NCBI GenBank assembly: GCA_965214705.1
Contig: CBDCCI010000002.1
Coordinates: 1,792,001-1,856,000, forward strand
From: Alphaproteobacteria bacterium
GTDB lineage: Bacteria; Pseudomonadota; Alphaproteobacteria; UBA828
DNA length: 64,000 nucleotides
Reading direction: 5' to 3'
In this document: positions 39,192 to 50,186 of the stretch, piece after piece
Layout of the letters: every line of letters starts with the position of its first letter
Position numbering within the stretch: position 1 is the first letter of the stretch
The notes under the pieces: generated by a model
Seen by the model: only the letters and a program-made list of their open reading frames with translations
Databases searched by the model: none
Told to the model about the DNA's origin: nothing
Program-made: the position numbers and the translations under genes

Positions 39192-39803
39192 ATGGCCTTC
39201 GAACTGGACCCTGCGCGCAGCGCGCTGATCATCCAGGACCTGCAGAACGACGTGATCGCGGAAGGCGGCGCCTTCGCCGATTCCGGCGCGCCGGCGCACG
39301 CGCAGTCGCAGAACGTGGTGGAGAACGTGAAGTCTCTCGCCGCAGCCGCACGCAAGGCCGGCATGGCGGTCATCCACGTCCATTACATCGTGGAGGAAGG
39401 CGCGCCGGGCCTGAAGCTGAACGCGCCGCTCTTCCAGGGCATCGCCGAGGCGAAGGCGATGGTGCGCGGCAGCTGGGGTGCTGCGGCTGTGGCGGGGCTG
39501 GAGCCGCAGTCGGGCGATCTGGTGGTCGAGAAGATGCGCATGAACGCGTTCCACGACACACACCTCGAGACCATCCTCAAGGGGCTCGGCGTGGACACCA
39601 TCGTGATCTCCGGCGCGTGGACCAACTTCTCGGTCGAGCACACCGCGCGGCACGGTGCCGATGCCGGCTACCGTGCCGTCGTGCTCACCGACGGCACCTC
39701 CACCGTCAACGATGAGTGGCACAACGCCGGCCTCAACTACGCGCTGGAGAATATCGCCGAACGCGTCACCTGCGCCGAGGCGGCGGCAGCGCTGGGGGGC
39801 TGA
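39192..39803 (+). CDS. Isochorismatase-family hydrolase
   Basis: ALIIQDLQND, K.RMNAF and GAWTNFSVEHTAR. Confidence 0.88.
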   Translation: MAFELDPARSALIIQDLQNDVIAEGGAFADSGAPAHAQSQNVVENVKSLAAAARKAGMAVIHVHYIVEEGAPGLKLNAPLFQGIAEAKAMVRGSWGAAAVAGLEPQSGDLVVEKMRMNAFHDTHLETILKGLGVDTIVISGAWTNFSVEHTARHGADAGYRAVVLTDGTSTVNDEWHNAGLNYALENIAERVTCAEAAAALGG

Positions 39804-39818
39804 GACACCGCTGGCGTG

Positions 39819-40664
39819 TCAGTCCGGCAGGGGCGCGAGAAGGTCGTTGCGGGCGCTGAGGAAGTTGACCACCACCCGCATGTTCTCCTCGGTGCCGTCG
39901 AACAGCGTCGAGTGGTTCGAGCCCCGGACCACGTACTTGACGGCGTTCGGGATGTTCTCGGCGAGCCAGGTCTGGCCGGCGCCGGTCTCGCCCACCTCCC
40001 ACGGCGTCATGATGTCCTCGTCGCCGCCGATCACTAGGGTCGGCGCCTTGATCTGCGCGGCGTAGGGCCGGAGGTCCATCTCCATCATCGCGCGGCAGGC
40101 CCGCTGGTAAACCTCCCGTCGGTTCGAGCGCTCCAGGATGTCCTGGATCATGTCGACCGCGCCGGCGCCGTTCGGCCCGTCGAGAAATTTTCGGGAGAGC
40201 GCCTGAACTGCGATCAGCTCGGCCAGGGTGCGGCTGCCGCAGCCGTAGGCCTCGGAGATATCGATCCAGTTCTGGAAGGTGAGGCGGCCGGCGAGATCGA
40301 GCTTCGCGGCCGAGCAGTTGATGACTAGCCGGTCGGTCCGGTCGGCGTACTTGGCGCCGAAGACCTGGGCGATCATTCCGCCCATCGAGGTGCCGTGGAT
40401 GTGGGCGCGCTCGATCTTCAGCGCGTCCATGAGGCCGGCCACGTCGTCGGCCCACACTTCCATGTCGTAGGGCTGGATGGGCTTGTCGGACTGCCCGTAG
40501 CCGCGCATGTCGAAATCGATGCAGCGGAAGTATTTCGACGCGATCGGAGTCGCGGTGGCGAAGTTGAAGTGACCGAAGCCCGCACCGTGGATGTGAACCA
40601 CGGGCGTGCCTTCACCCGTCGTCTCGTACCAGAGCTTGACGCCGTTGACCTCCGCGAACGCCAT
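39819..40664 (-). CDS. Alpha/beta hydrolase
   Basis: HGAG, DMRGYGQSD, GTSMGG, GDED and a C-terminal His. Confidence 0.88.
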   Translation of the reverse strand: MAFAEVNGVKLWYETTGEGTPVVHIHGAGFGHFNFATATPIASKYFRCIDFDMRGYGQSDKPIQPYDMEVWADDVAGLMDALKIERAHIHGTSMGGMIAQVFGAKYADRTDRLVINCSAAKLDLAGRLTFQNWIDISEAYGCGSRTLAELIAVQALSRKFLDGPNGAGAVDMIQDILERSNRREVYQRACRAMMEMDLRPYAAQIKAPTLVIGGDEDIMTPWEVGETGAGQTWLAENIPNAVKYVVRGSNHSTLFDGTEENMRVVVNFLSARNDLLAPLPD

Positions 40665-40836
40665 GACCGCCTCCCCTTTGTCAGCCTCGCGTGCCGTGAG
40701 CGGCCGATACTACACCGCTGGCGCTGCGAAAAAACGCGCGGTTGTCTCGGGTCCGCGCGATTCTGTTTGCCATCCAGGGGCGTTGAGACCAAAGTCCCGC
40801 GGCCGCGACGCGGCGAATCGGGCAAGGGGACAGGGC

Positions 40837-43143
40837 ATGGCGGAAGACCTGCGCCAAGCGGCGCTCGACTATCACCGCGAGCCCAAGCCGGGCAAGCTCG
40901 GCATCCACGCCACCAAGCGCATGGGCACGCAGCGCGACCTCGCCCTCGCCTACAGCCCCGGCGTGGCCGCGCCCTGCCTGGAAATCGCCGAAGACCCGGC
41001 GCGGGTATGGGACTACACCGCGCGGGCTAACCTGGTCGCGGTGATCAGCAACGGCAGCGCAGTCCTGGGCCTCGGCGCCATCGGCGCGCTCGCCTCCAAG
41101 CCGGTGATGGAAGGCAAGGCGGTCCTCTTCAAGAAGTTCGCCAACATCGACGTGTTCGACATCGAGGTCGACGAAGGCGACGTGGACGCGCTGGTGGAGA
41201 CCGTGGCCCGGTTGGAGCCGACCTTCGGCGCGATCAACCTGGAGGACATCAAGGCGCCTGAGTGCTTCGAGATCGAGCGCCGCCTCAAAGAGCGGCTCAA
41301 CATTCCGGTGTTTCACGACGATCAGCACGGCACCGCGATCTGCGTCGCCGCCGCCGCGCTCAACGCGCTGAGGATCGTCGGCAAGACGCCGGACGCGGCG
41401 CGGGTGGTGTGCTCGGGCGCTGGCGCCGCAGCGATCGCCTGCCTCGATCTTCTGCAGGAGCTCGGGGTCGCGCGCGCCAACATCGCGGTGTGCGACAGCA
41501 AGGGCGTGGTTCACACGGGCCGGACGGACTTGAACGAGCAGAAGCAGCGCTACGCGCTGGACACGGATGCGCGCACGCTGGACGACGCGATTGCGGATGC
41601 GGACATCTTTCTGGGCCTCTCGGGCCCCGGCACCATGACCCAGGCGATGGTGCGGAGCATGGGCTCCAAACCCATTATCCTCGCGCTCGCGAACCCGACG
41701 CCGGAGATCATGCCGGAGGACGCGCTCGCGGCACGGCCCGACGCGATCATCGCGACCGGGCGTTCCGACTATCCAAACCAGGTCAACAACGTGCTCTGCT
41801 TCCCGTTCATCTTCCGGGGCGCGCTCGACTGCGGGGCAACCGAGATCAACACGGCGATGAAGCTCGCCTGCGTGCGCGCGATCGCCGATCTCGCTACCGC
41901 CGAATCCTCCGATGTCGTGGCCGCGGCCTACGGCGACCAGTCGCAGAAGTTCGGCCCGGACTACATCATCCCGAAGCCTTTCGATCCCCGCCTGATCGAG
42001 ACCGTGCCGGCTGCCGTGGCCGAGGCCGCGATGCAGAGCGGTGTCGCTGCCCGGCCGATCGCCGACCTCGCGGCCTACCGGCAGGAGCTCGCGGGCCTCG
42101 TGTTCCGCACCGGCTACCTGATGAAGGTGGTGATCGACCAGGCCAAGAAGGACCGGCAGCGGGTGGTCTACGCCGCCGGCGAGAACGAGCGCGTGCTGCG
42201 CGCTGCCCAGCAGGCGATCGACGAGGGCATCGCGCGGCCAATCCTGATCGGGCGGTCGTCGCGCATCGAAGAACGGATCGACCGGCTCTCGCTCCGGCTC
42301 GAGCCCGGCGCCAACGTCGATGTCATCAATCCGGCGGACTACGAGAAGTACGACACCTATTGGCGGCTCTATCACGAGCTGATGGGACGGCGCGGAGTCG
42401 CGCCTGCGGCGGCGCGCACGACACTCCGCAACCAGCCCACGGTAATCGCGTCGATGATGGTGCGCTGCGGCGACGCCGACGCGCTGCTGGCCGGCCCGGC
42501 TCCACGCTTCCGGCCTGAGCTCAACTACGTGCTCGACGTTATTGGGCTCCGGCCCGGCGTCGACTCGGCGGCGGCGCTGCGGGTCCTGATCCTGACCAAG
42601 GGCATCTTCTTCATCGCCGATACCGATATCATGGAGGATCCGAGCCCCTCACAGATATGCCAATCGGCCGTGCTGACGGCCAGGCAGGTGCGGCGCTTCG
42701 GCATGACGCCTAAGATCGCACTTCTGTCCGCCTCCAACTTCGGCAGCAACGACCTCGCGTCGTCGGTCAAGATGCGCGAGGCGCTGCATCTGCTGCACCA
42801 GCACGCACCCGAGCTGGAGGCCGAGGGCGAGATGAACGCCGATGCCGCGCTCGATGAGGCGATCCGCGCGGAGAGGTTCCCCAACTCACGGCTCAAGGGT
42901 CAGGCCAACACGCTGATCCTCCCCGACCTGACCACGGCCAATATCGCTTACGGCATGCTCAAGGTGCTGGCCGACGGCATCTCGGTCGGCCCGATCCTGC
43001 TCGGGCTCGCGGCGCCGGCCTACGTGCTACACGGCTCCGCCACCACCCGCGGCGTTCTCAACATGACCGCCGTTGCCGCCGTCGAGGCGCAGAGCCGGGC
43101 AGAGGAGGGCGACAGCGCGATCGCCGCCGACGCGGCGAGCTAG
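40837..43143 (+). CDS. maeB: NADP-dependent malic enzyme with phosphotransacetylase-like domain
   Basis: [36 protein letters not shown] and a C-terminal PTA domain. Confidence 0.95.
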   Translation: MAEDLRQAALDYHREPKPGKLGIHATKRMGTQRDLALAYSPGVAAPCLEIAEDPARVWDYTARANLVAVISNGSAVLGLGAIGALASKPVMEGKAVLFKKFANIDVFDIEVDEGDVDALVETVARLEPTFGAINLEDIKAPECFEIERRLKERLNIPVFHDDQHGTAICVAAAALNALRIVGKTPDAARVVCSGAGAAAIACLDLLQELGVARANIAVCDSKGVVHTGRTDLNEQKQRYALDTDARTLDDAIADADIFLGLSGPGTMTQAMVRSMGSKPIILALANPTPEIMPEDALAARPDAIIATGRSDYPNQVNNVLCFPFIFRGALDCGATEINTAMKLACVRAIADLATAESSDVVAAAYGDQSQKFGPDYIIPKPFDPRLIETVPAAVAEAAMQSGVAARPIADLAAYRQELAGLVFRTGYLMKVVIDQAKKDRQRVVYAAGENERVLRAAQQAIDEGIARPILIGRSSRIEERIDRLSLRLEPGANVDVINPADYEKYDTYWRLYHELMGRRGVAPAAARTTLRNQPTVIASMMVRCGDADALLAGPAPRFRPELNYVLDVIGLRPGVDSAAALRVLILTKGIFFIADTDIMEDPSPSQICQSAVLTARQVRRFGMTPKIALLSASNFGSNDLASSVKMREALHLLHQHAPELEAEGEMNADAALDEAIRAERFPNSRLKGQANTLILPDLTTANIAYGMLKVLADGISVGPILLGLAAPAYVLHGSATTRGVLNMTAVAAVEAQSRAEEGDSAIAADAAS

Positions 43144-43154
43144 GAGAGGCTTCG

Positions 43155-44561
43155 GTGGCACAGTCCGACTTGCCGCCGGAAGCAGGCACGGCGCCCGAGC
43201 CAGGCGGGCGGGAAGGGCTCTACGGCCTCACCACCGAACTCGTCAGTGCCGTGCGCGCGGCGCTCGCGGAGTCGAACGGTGACCGCGTCCGCGCCCTGGT
43301 GGCGCCCTTGCACGAAGCCGACATCGCCGATCTGATCGAGCGATTTAGCGCCGGCGAGCGCCGCCGTCTTGTCGCTGTCGCCCACGACGTGCTGAGCGGC
43401 GACGTGCTCCCCCATGTCGAGGATGAAATCCGCGAGGAACTGATCGGCGAAATCGGGGCAGAGCGCGCCGCCGAGGCCATCGCGGACATGGAGAGCGACG
43501 ACGCGGTCGCCGTGCTCGAGGATCTCGACGATCCGCAGCGCAAGGAGATTCTCGACGCGATCTCCAGCGAGGAGCGGGCCGGCGTCGCGGAAAGTCTGAC
43601 CTATCCCGAGGATAGCGCCGGCCGCCTGATGCAACGCGAGCTGGTCGCGCTGCCGGCGTTCTGGACGGTGGGCCAGACCATCGACCACATGCGCGAGACC
43701 GGCGGCGACATGCCGGACGACTTCTACGAGATCTATGTCATCGACCCGCAGTACCGGCCGATTGGGCGAATCCCGTTGCACCGGCTGCTCCGCACCCGGC
43801 GCCCGGTGCGGTTGCGCACCATCATGGCGACGGATGTGAGGGCGATCCCCGCCGAGACCGACCAGGAAGAGGTAGGTCACGTCTTCGACCAGTACGACCT
43901 CGTGTCTGCGCCGGTGGTTGGCGAATCCGGGCGCCTGATCGGCGTGATCACCGTGGACGACGTGGTCGACGTGATCCAGGAGGAGGCGGAAGAGGACATC
44001 CTGCGCCTCAGCGGCGTGCGGGAGCCGGACATCTACCGCGCCGCGCTGCGCACCGCCACCGGCCGCTTCACTTGGCTGCTGGTCAATCTCGGCACCGCGA
44101 TTCTGGCGTCCCTTGTGATCTATCAGTTCGATGGGACCATCGATCAGATGGTGGCGCTCGCGGTACTCATGCCCATCGTCGCCTCCATGGGCGGCAACGC
44201 CGGCACCCAGACCATGGCCGTGGCGGTGCGCGCCATTGCCACCAAGGACCTGACGACGGCCAACTTTCTCAGAGTGCTGTGGAAGGAGGTCCTGGTCGGC
44301 GGCTTCAACGGCGTGGTGTTCGCCGTCCTCATCGGCGTCGCCGCCGCGGCCTGGTACGACAACATCGCGCTTGGCATCGTGATCGCCGCCGCGATGATCA
44401 TCAACATGCTGGTGGCTGGTGTGTTCGGCCTGGTGATCCCGGTGGCGCTGTGGCGGCTGAAGATCGACCCGGCGACGGCGGCCGGCGTGGTGCTCACAAC
44501 CATCACGGATGTGATCGGCTTCCTCGCCTTCCTCGGTCTCGCGGGGATGCTGCTGGTGTGA
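43155..44561 (+). CDS. mgtE: Magnesium transporter MgtE
   Basis: YPEDSAGRLM, CBS domain pair, MGGNAGTQ, DPA and TDVIG. Confidence 0.95.
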   Translation: MAQSDLPPEAGTAPEPGGREGLYGLTTELVSAVRAALAESNGDRVRALVAPLHEADIADLIERFSAGERRRLVAVAHDVLSGDVLPHVEDEIREELIGEIGAERAAEAIADMESDDAVAVLEDLDDPQRKEILDAISSEERAGVAESLTYPEDSAGRLMQRELVALPAFWTVGQTIDHMRETGGDMPDDFYEIYVIDPQYRPIGRIPLHRLLRTRRPVRLRTIMATDVRAIPAETDQEEVGHVFDQYDLVSAPVVGESGRLIGVITVDDVVDVIQEEAEEDILRLSGVREPDIYRAALRTATGRFTWLLVNLGTAILASLVIYQFDGTIDQMVALAVLMPIVASMGGNAGTQTMAVAVRAIATKDLTTANFLRVLWKEVLVGGFNGVVFAVLIGVAAAAWYDNIALGIVIAAAMIINMLVAGVFGLVIPVALWRLKIDPATAAGVVLTTITDVIGFLAFLGLAGMLLV

Positions 44562-44700
44562 TGGCGGCTCAACGGCCGCTGCTGGCGGAGCTGCGGGGCC
44601 GTTGATAGATTCGAGGAGGCGCGCTCACGTTTCGACGCGTGTTCAGCGCCCGCTTCTCCGGACTGGCAGGGAACCGGAACCGACGAAGAGGTATCGAACC

Positions 44701-45705
44701 ATGGCGCATGCCGCGAAACGCGCAGCCGTCGCCCTTGCTTCCGCGGCGCTGCTCTCAATCTCACTGACCGCGACCGCCGTCGCCGAGACCGAATGGGACC
44801 TGCCGCTCGCCTGGCCCGACGGCAACTTCCACGTCGAGAATGCCAAGACCTTCGCCAAGGTGGTGGGGCAGGTCACCGGCGGCGAGGTCGTCATCAATAT
44901 CCACGCGGGCGGGTCCCTCGGCTTCAAGGGGCCGGAGATGCTGAACGCGGTCGGCGACGGCCTCGTGCCCATCGGCGAGATGTTGCTCAACCAGCAGGTG
45001 GGAGAGCGGAAGATCCTGGGGCTGGAGACGCAGCCCTACGTCGTCGAGGACCTCGACCAGTTCGCGATCTTCCACAAGCACTTCCGCCCGGCCATCGAGC
45101 GGGTGGCGGCGGATTACAACCAGAAGGTGCTCTACGTGGTGCCGTGGCCGCGCCAGTACGTCTACACCAAGGTGGAGGCGATGGGCGTCGCGGACCTCAC
45201 CGGCATCAAGATTCGCACCTACAACGACACGACGACCGAGATGTTCAACCGCATCGGCATGACCTCGGTGCAGCTCCCCTGGGGCGAGGTGGTGCCCTCG
45301 CTCGCGGCCGGCACCATCGACGCGGTCACGACATCGGCGAGCTCTGGTGTGGACGGGAAGTTCTGGGAGTTCCTGACGCACATGTACCCGACGAGCCACG
45401 TCTGGTCGTCGAACGCGGTTTCCGTGAACCTCGATGCCTGGAACGACCTCACCGGTGGCCAGCGCGACGCCATCGAGGCTGCGGCCCGGATGCTTGAACC
45501 GGTGTTCTGGCAGGTCAGCAAGGCGGAGGACGCGGCGAAGTCGAAGATCCTGAACGAGCGGGGCGTGGCGATGGCGGAAGTGTCGGCGGCGATGCTGGCC
45601 GACATGCAGGCCGCGACCGAGCCGATGCTGGCCGAGGCACTGGCCGAGCTCGGCGACGAGGGCGAGGCCATCATCGACGGCTTCTTCCGAGACATCGGCC
45701 GCTAG
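44701..45705 (+). CDS. TRAP transporter solute-binding protein (DctP)
   Basis: Signal peptide, GGSLG.KG.E, KIRTY and LPWGEV. Confidence 0.9.
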   Translation: MAHAAKRAAVALASAALLSISLTATAVAETEWDLPLAWPDGNFHVENAKTFAKVVGQVTGGEVVINIHAGGSLGFKGPEMLNAVGDGLVPIGEMLLNQQVGERKILGLETQPYVVEDLDQFAIFHKHFRPAIERVAADYNQKVLYVVPWPRQYVYTKVEAMGVADLTGIKIRTYNDTTTEMFNRIGMTSVQLPWGEVVPSLAAGTIDAVTTSASSGVDGKFWEFLTHMYPTSHVWSSNAVSVNLDAWNDLTGGQRDAIEAAARMLEPVFWQVSKAEDAAKSKILNERGVAMAEVSAAMLADMQAATEPMLAEALAELGDEGEAIIDGFFRDIGR

Positions 45706-45792
45706 CGGGGCACGGCTCCGGTGCCCGGCGGAGCGTCGCCAGCGCCGGGTTCCGGTCTGGATAGCCTGGAGCGGGCAGGGGAGGCCGGCACC

Positions 45793-46326
45793 GTGTCCGT
45801 TCTGGTGCGGATTCTGGCGGGGATCGACGCGTTGTCGCGCGCCTGCGGCTACATCGCGGCCGCGCTCGTTCTCGGGATCGCGGGGCTCATCCTGGCCGAA
45901 ATCTTCTGCCGCACGGTGCTCAACCTAAGCCTCTCCTTCGCCTGGGAGTACGCCGTGTACTTCTTCGCCGTCTCGATCCTGCTCGGCGCGGCGTTCGCCT
46001 TGCGGACGGGCGGGCACGTCAGGGTGATGCTGCTCTCGCAGAGCGTCCCGCCGAGAGTGGCGCACTGGCTCGACGTCGCGGCCACCGTGGTCGGCACTCT
46101 GATCGCCGGGTTCCTCGCGTGGGCGCTGACCGCCTTCGCCGCGCGGTCATGGGTGAGCGGCAGCACGTCCCCCACCATCGATGAGACGCCGCTGGTCTAT
46201 CCGCAGGCCGCGATGGCGTTCGGGGCGGCGCTGCTCACGCTGCAGCTCGTGGCCCGTGCGGTGCGGCTGCTCGTTGGCGAGCCGCCCGAGGACGAGGAGC
46301 AGACGCGGGAGTTCGGCGCGGGATGA
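45793..46326 (+). CDS. TRAP small permease (DctQ)
   Basis: Four transmembrane segments and GGHVRV. Confidence 0.88.
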   Translation: MSVLVRILAGIDALSRACGYIAAALVLGIAGLILAEIFCRTVLNLSLSFAWEYAVYFFAVSILLGAAFALRTGGHVRVMLLSQSVPPRVAHWLDVAATVVGTLIAGFLAWALTAFAARSWVSGSTSPTIDETPLVYPQAAMAFGAALLTLQLVARAVRLLVGEPPEDEEQTREFGAG

Positions 46327-46330
46327 GGGC

Positions 46331-47635
46331 ATGACCGTCGCCGCCGCCGGCGCCGTTCTCGGCGTGCTCGCCCTGGTGCTGGGCGTCGGGGTCTGGGTCG
46401 GACTCGCGCTCTTCGCTCCCGGCCTCGTCAGCCTCGCCGTCTTCCGCAGCCTGCCGGTCGAGAAGCTTCTCGCGCAGCTCACCTGGAACGCGACCACCAC
46501 GCCGGAGCTGATCGCGCTCCCGCTCTTCATCCTGATGGCCGAGATCCTGTTCCACTCGCGGCTCTCGGCTTCGCTCTTCACCGGGCTCGCGCCGTGGACG
46601 ACCCGCCTGCCGGGCCGGCTGCTGCACGTGAACGTGCTGGGCTGCACCATGTTCGCGGCGATCTCGGGCTCCTCGGCCGCGACCACCGCCACCGTGGGCC
46701 GCATCACGCTGACGGAGCTCCTGCGGCGCGGCTACGACCGCGATCTGGCCATGGGCTCGCTCGCAGGCGCCGGCACGCTGGGCTTCCTGATACCGCCGAG
46801 CATCATCCTCATCATCTACGGCGTGCTCTCGGAAACCTCGATCCTCAAGCTCTTTCTCGCTGGGATCATTCCGGGGCTGATGCTCGCCGTGCTCTACATG
46901 ACCTGGCTCGGCATCCGCGCGCGCTGGAAGCCCTCGGTCGTGCCGGAGGAAGCGGAGAGCATGAGCCTCGCCGAGAAGCTGCTCGGGCTCCGGCACCTTA
47001 TCCCCGTGGTGTTCCTGATCCTCGCGGTTCTGGGCTCGATGTACGGCGGCATCGCCAGCCCGTCCGAAGCCGCGGCAGTGGGCGTGCTGGGCGCGCTGAT
47101 CGTGAGCGCCGCGCAGCGGACGCTCACTTGGGAGACGATCCGCAAGGCAAGCCTGGGCGCGGTTCGGACCATCAGCATGATCGGCCTGATCATCGCGGGC
47201 GCGTACTTCCTGTCGATCGCCATGGGGTTCCTCGGCATACCCCGCTTGATCGCTGGCGAGATCGCGGCGCTCCAGCTCTCGCCCATCGCGCTCATTATCC
47301 TGCTGCTCGCCTTCTACGCGATCCTCGGCTGCGTGCTGGAGGGCATGTCGAGCATCGTCATGACACTCCCCATCACCTTGCCGCTGGTGACTGCGGCGGG
47401 CTTCGACAAGATCTGGTTCGGGGTGTTCCTGGTGATCGTGGTGGAGATGGCCCAGATCACGCCGCCGGTCGGCTTCAACCTGTTCGTGATTCAGGGGATG
47501 ACGGGGGAGCGGATCGGACGGATCGCCCGCGCGACGCTGCCGTTCTTCCTGATCATGGCGGGGCTCGCGCTGCTCATCACCCTCGTGCCTGAGGTTGTGA
47601 CCGTTCTGCCGAACGCGATCCGCCTGGGTAACTGA
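46331..47635 (+). CDS. TRAP large permease (DctM)
   Basis: ALPLFILM, SGSSAAT, LIPPSI and ITPPVGFNLF. Confidence 0.93.
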   Translation: MTVAAAGAVLGVLALVLGVGVWVGLALFAPGLVSLAVFRSLPVEKLLAQLTWNATTTPELIALPLFILMAEILFHSRLSASLFTGLAPWTTRLPGRLLHVNVLGCTMFAAISGSSAATTATVGRITLTELLRRGYDRDLAMGSLAGAGTLGFLIPPSIILIIYGVLSETSILKLFLAGIIPGLMLAVLYMTWLGIRARWKPSVVPEEAESMSLAEKLLGLRHLIPVVFLILAVLGSMYGGIASPSEAAAVGVLGALIVSAAQRTLTWETIRKASLGAVRTISMIGLIIAGAYFLSIAMGFLGIPRLIAGEIAALQLSPIALIILLLAFYAILGCVLEGMSSIVMTLPITLPLVTAAGFDKIWFGVFLVIVVEMAQITPPVGFNLFVIQGMTGERIGRIARATLPFFLIMAGLALLITLVPEVVTVLPNAIRLGN

Positions 47636-47673
47636 AGGGTGAGACAACGGAGATCAACGGTGTGCAGTGAGCG

Positions 47674-48078
47674 CTATTCCTCCCGCAGCCAGCGGGTCGC
47701 GTGCGCCGGCGCATGCGTGGGGTCGAACTCGAAGAGCTCCAGCAGCACGTCGTCGGGCGCGGCGCACATGATGTAGCGCCAGGTGCCGAACTCGCGGATG
47801 TCGCTGCGGAAAGTCACGCCTTGGGCCTTCATGCGTGCGACCAGGGCGCGCAGGTCGTCGCTGCGGATGCCGATGTGGTGGACGGCGCCGCGGCCTTCGT
47901 CGCGGGGCGGCTGGTCGTAGAGGTGCAGCCCGCCGCTACCGATGCGCATGAAGACGTTGCGGGAGCCGGCGAGCACGCCGTCGTAGATCAACTCGCCGTC
48001 CAGCATGTCGTGCCACCAGGCGATGGTCGCGTCGATGTCGCGGGCGAAGATGTGGACGTGGTGGAGGCTCTCGGCCAT
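47674..48078 (-). CDS. VOC / glyoxalase-family protein
   Basis: LHHVHI, VHHIGI and PDDVLLELFE. Confidence 0.85.
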   Translation of the reverse strand: MAESLHHVHIFARDIDATIAWWHDMLDGELIYDGVLAGSRNVFMRIGSGGLHLYDQPPRDEGRGAVHHIGIRSDDLRALVARMKAQGVTFRSDIREFGTWRYIMCAAPDDVLLELFEFDPTHAPAHATRWLREE

Positions 48079-48140
48079 GGTGAGTTGAAGCTAGAGCCCT
48101 TTTCGCGAGGCGTCTTTGCACCCGCACGAATTCCCCCTTG

Positions 48141-48226
48141 CGTCATGGCCGGGCTTGTCCCGGCCATCCACGTCCCTCCGCAGCACGTGGCCGACATGGA
48201 TGCCCGGATCAAGTCCGGGCATGACG
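48141..48226. repeat. REP-like palindromic element, copy 1
   Basis: CGTCATGGCCGGGCTTGTCCCGGCCATCCACG...GATGCCCGGATCAAGTCCGGGCATGACG. Confidence 0.85.
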
Positions 48227-48296
48227 AGAGAGGTAGTCACCGGCTCGGAAAGCGATCCGACCGACCCGCCATCGCACAAGTGTCGGAACCGGGACA

Positions 48297-49313
48297 CTAG
48301 GCGGCGCCTTCGACCAGCGGCACCACCTCTTCGGCGAAGAGCCGCATGCTGTCGGTCACCTGGGCGTGCGGCATGCCGAGCCAGTCCATGCCGAGGATGA
48401 ACGTGGTGATGCCGAGGCGGCGGTCGTAGCCAGCGATCTGCTCGGCGACCTCCTCGGGCGAGCCGAAGAGGAAGCGGTCCCGCATCAGCTCCTCGAAGTC
48501 GAGCGAGAGGTCGTCGTCGCCCTTGGGCATGGCCTTGTCCTGACCCCACTGGTGGTAGGTCTTGTACTTCTCCTCCAGGTAGGGGCGGGCAAGACGCTTG
48601 GCTTCCGCCCTGGTGCGGGCGACGAAGATCTCGCGCATGAGCGGGAGTTCGTCGGGGAAAGGTTTCTTGGCCTCGTCAAGCGCGCGCCGGTAGATCGCGA
48701 GTTGGCGCTCGGTGGTCTCCATGCGCTGGTGCGGGTTGATGAACCAGGTGTCGCCGAGCCGGGCCGCGCGCTCGACCGCGGCGTCGGCATTCGCGCCGAG
48801 CCAGATCGGCGGGTGCGGCTGCTGCATCGGCTTGAGCGAGACGGTCGCGTTCTCGAGCGTGAAGTGGGAGCCCGCCATGCTGACGCCGTCCTCGGTCCAG
48901 AGGCGGACGACGGCCTCCAGGTTCTCCTCGAGCCGCATGACGCGCTCGACCTGGGTAGTGCCGAAACCCTTGAACTCCACCTCGCGATAGCCGAGGCCCG
49001 CGCCGAAGATCATGCGCCCGCCCGACATCACGTCGAGCGTCGCGACCTGCTCCGCGATATCGAGCGGTTTGTGCAGCGAGAGCAGGATGATCCCTGGCAG
49101 CAGGCGGCAGCGGGGCGCCTCGACCATGAGCCGCGCCAGCAGCGGGATCTGCTGATACTGCTGCAAGGGGTAAGCGGCGTAATGCATGCCAGTGGCGAGA
49201 ATGTCGAAGCCCAGCTCGTCCGCGAGCCTCGCTTGAGCGCAGAGGTCCGCGAAGCGCGCGTTCATGTCCTCGCCGCGGCGGAACTGGCCGCGGATGAAGA
49301 ATCCGTACTTCAT
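48297..49313 (-). CDS. LLM-class flavin-dependent oxidoreductase
   Basis: ADELGFD, AEQVATLDVMSGGR, GLGYR..EF, PPIWLGA and LFAEEVVP. Confidence 0.9.
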   Translation of the reverse strand: MKYGFFIRGQFRRGEDMNARFADLCAQARLADELGFDILATGMHYAAYPLQQYQQIPLLARLMVEAPRCRLLPGIILLSLHKPLDIAEQVATLDVMSGGRMIFGAGLGYREVEFKGFGTTQVERVMRLEENLEAVVRLWTEDGVSMAGSHFTLENATVSLKPMQQPHPPIWLGANADAAVERAARLGDTWFINPHQRMETTERQLAIYRRALDEAKKPFPDELPLMREIFVARTRAEAKRLARPYLEEKYKTYHQWGQDKAMPKGDDDLSLDFEELMRDRFLFGSPEEVAEQIAGYDRRLGITTFILGMDWLGMPHAQVTDSMRLFAEEVVPLVEGAA

Positions 49314-49321
49314 GGTGCTCC

Positions 49322-50125
49322 TCAGCCCGCCGCCGGCTCCTGCGAGAGCGTGCGGAGGCAATCGTCGTCCAGGGGCTCGATCGGCGACCAGTCGCGGGTG
49401 CAGTGATGCTCGGCGCGCTCGAACCTGGTCGGCGGGTTATCGGTGGCGGCGACGTTGAGATAGAAGATGCGGCGCGGCCAAGGGGTGATGTTGCCAGCCG
49501 AGCCGTGGACCATGTTGGCATGGCTGATCAGCACCGAGCCGGCCGGACCGGTGACCTGTTCGATGCCGCCCGCGTCCACGATGTGGGTAAGGTGCTCGTC
49601 GGAGATGACGAAGAGCGTGTAGCCGGGCGATTCCTCGTTGTCCGCAGCCTCGGCGATCAGCCCGTAGTGGTGCGAGCCCGGCACCAGCATGAGCGGGCCG
49701 TTGGCGGCGCTGGCCTCGTCCAGCAGGATCGCAACCATGAAGGCTCTGGGTTCCTTGAGCCCGTCGCGGTCCGACCAGGTGGCGTAGTCCTGATGCCAGT
49801 CCCACGGGCCGCCGTGGAACGCCGCCTTGGGGTTGAGCCGCGACTGGTGGATGTAGACCGGGCCGCCCATCAGCTCCTGCACCGGCGCCAGCCAGCGCGG
49901 ATGGCGCGAGAGACGGTGGAACGCCTCGTTGAAGCGATGGGCGCCGTAGACGAGCCTGACCGCGTCCGACTCCGCTTCCGGGACCACCTCGGGGCCTTCC
50001 CGCGCCGCCACCGTCTCGACCTCGGCCCGGAGCGGCGCGATTTCCTCCTCCGAGAAGAGAGCGGGGAGGAGCAGGTAACCGTGGTCCTCGAATTCGCGCC
50101 GCTGGGCGTCGGTGAGCGCGGGCAT
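49322..50125 (-). CDS. PhyH-family dioxygenase (ectoine / proline hydroxylase-like)
   Basis: QSRLNPK, WHQDY, NGPLMLVPGSH and VHGS..N. Confidence 0.88.
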   Translation of the reverse strand: MPALTDAQRREFEDHGYLLLPALFSEEEIAPLRAEVETVAAREGPEVVPEAESDAVRLVYGAHRFNEAFHRLSRHPRWLAPVQELMGGPVYIHQSRLNPKAAFHGGPWDWHQDYATWSDRDGLKEPRAFMVAILLDEASAANGPLMLVPGSHHYGLIAEAADNEESPGYTLFVISDEHLTHIVDAGGIEQVTGPAGSVLISHANMVHGSAGNITPWPRRIFYLNVAATDNPPTRFERAEHHCTRDWSPIEPLDDDCLRTLSQEPAAG

Positions 50126-50186
50126 GGCCAGAGACCCTAGCGTCCTGTTCTGCAACAGAAGACGAACGGTAGCCGAGTCTCCTTCT

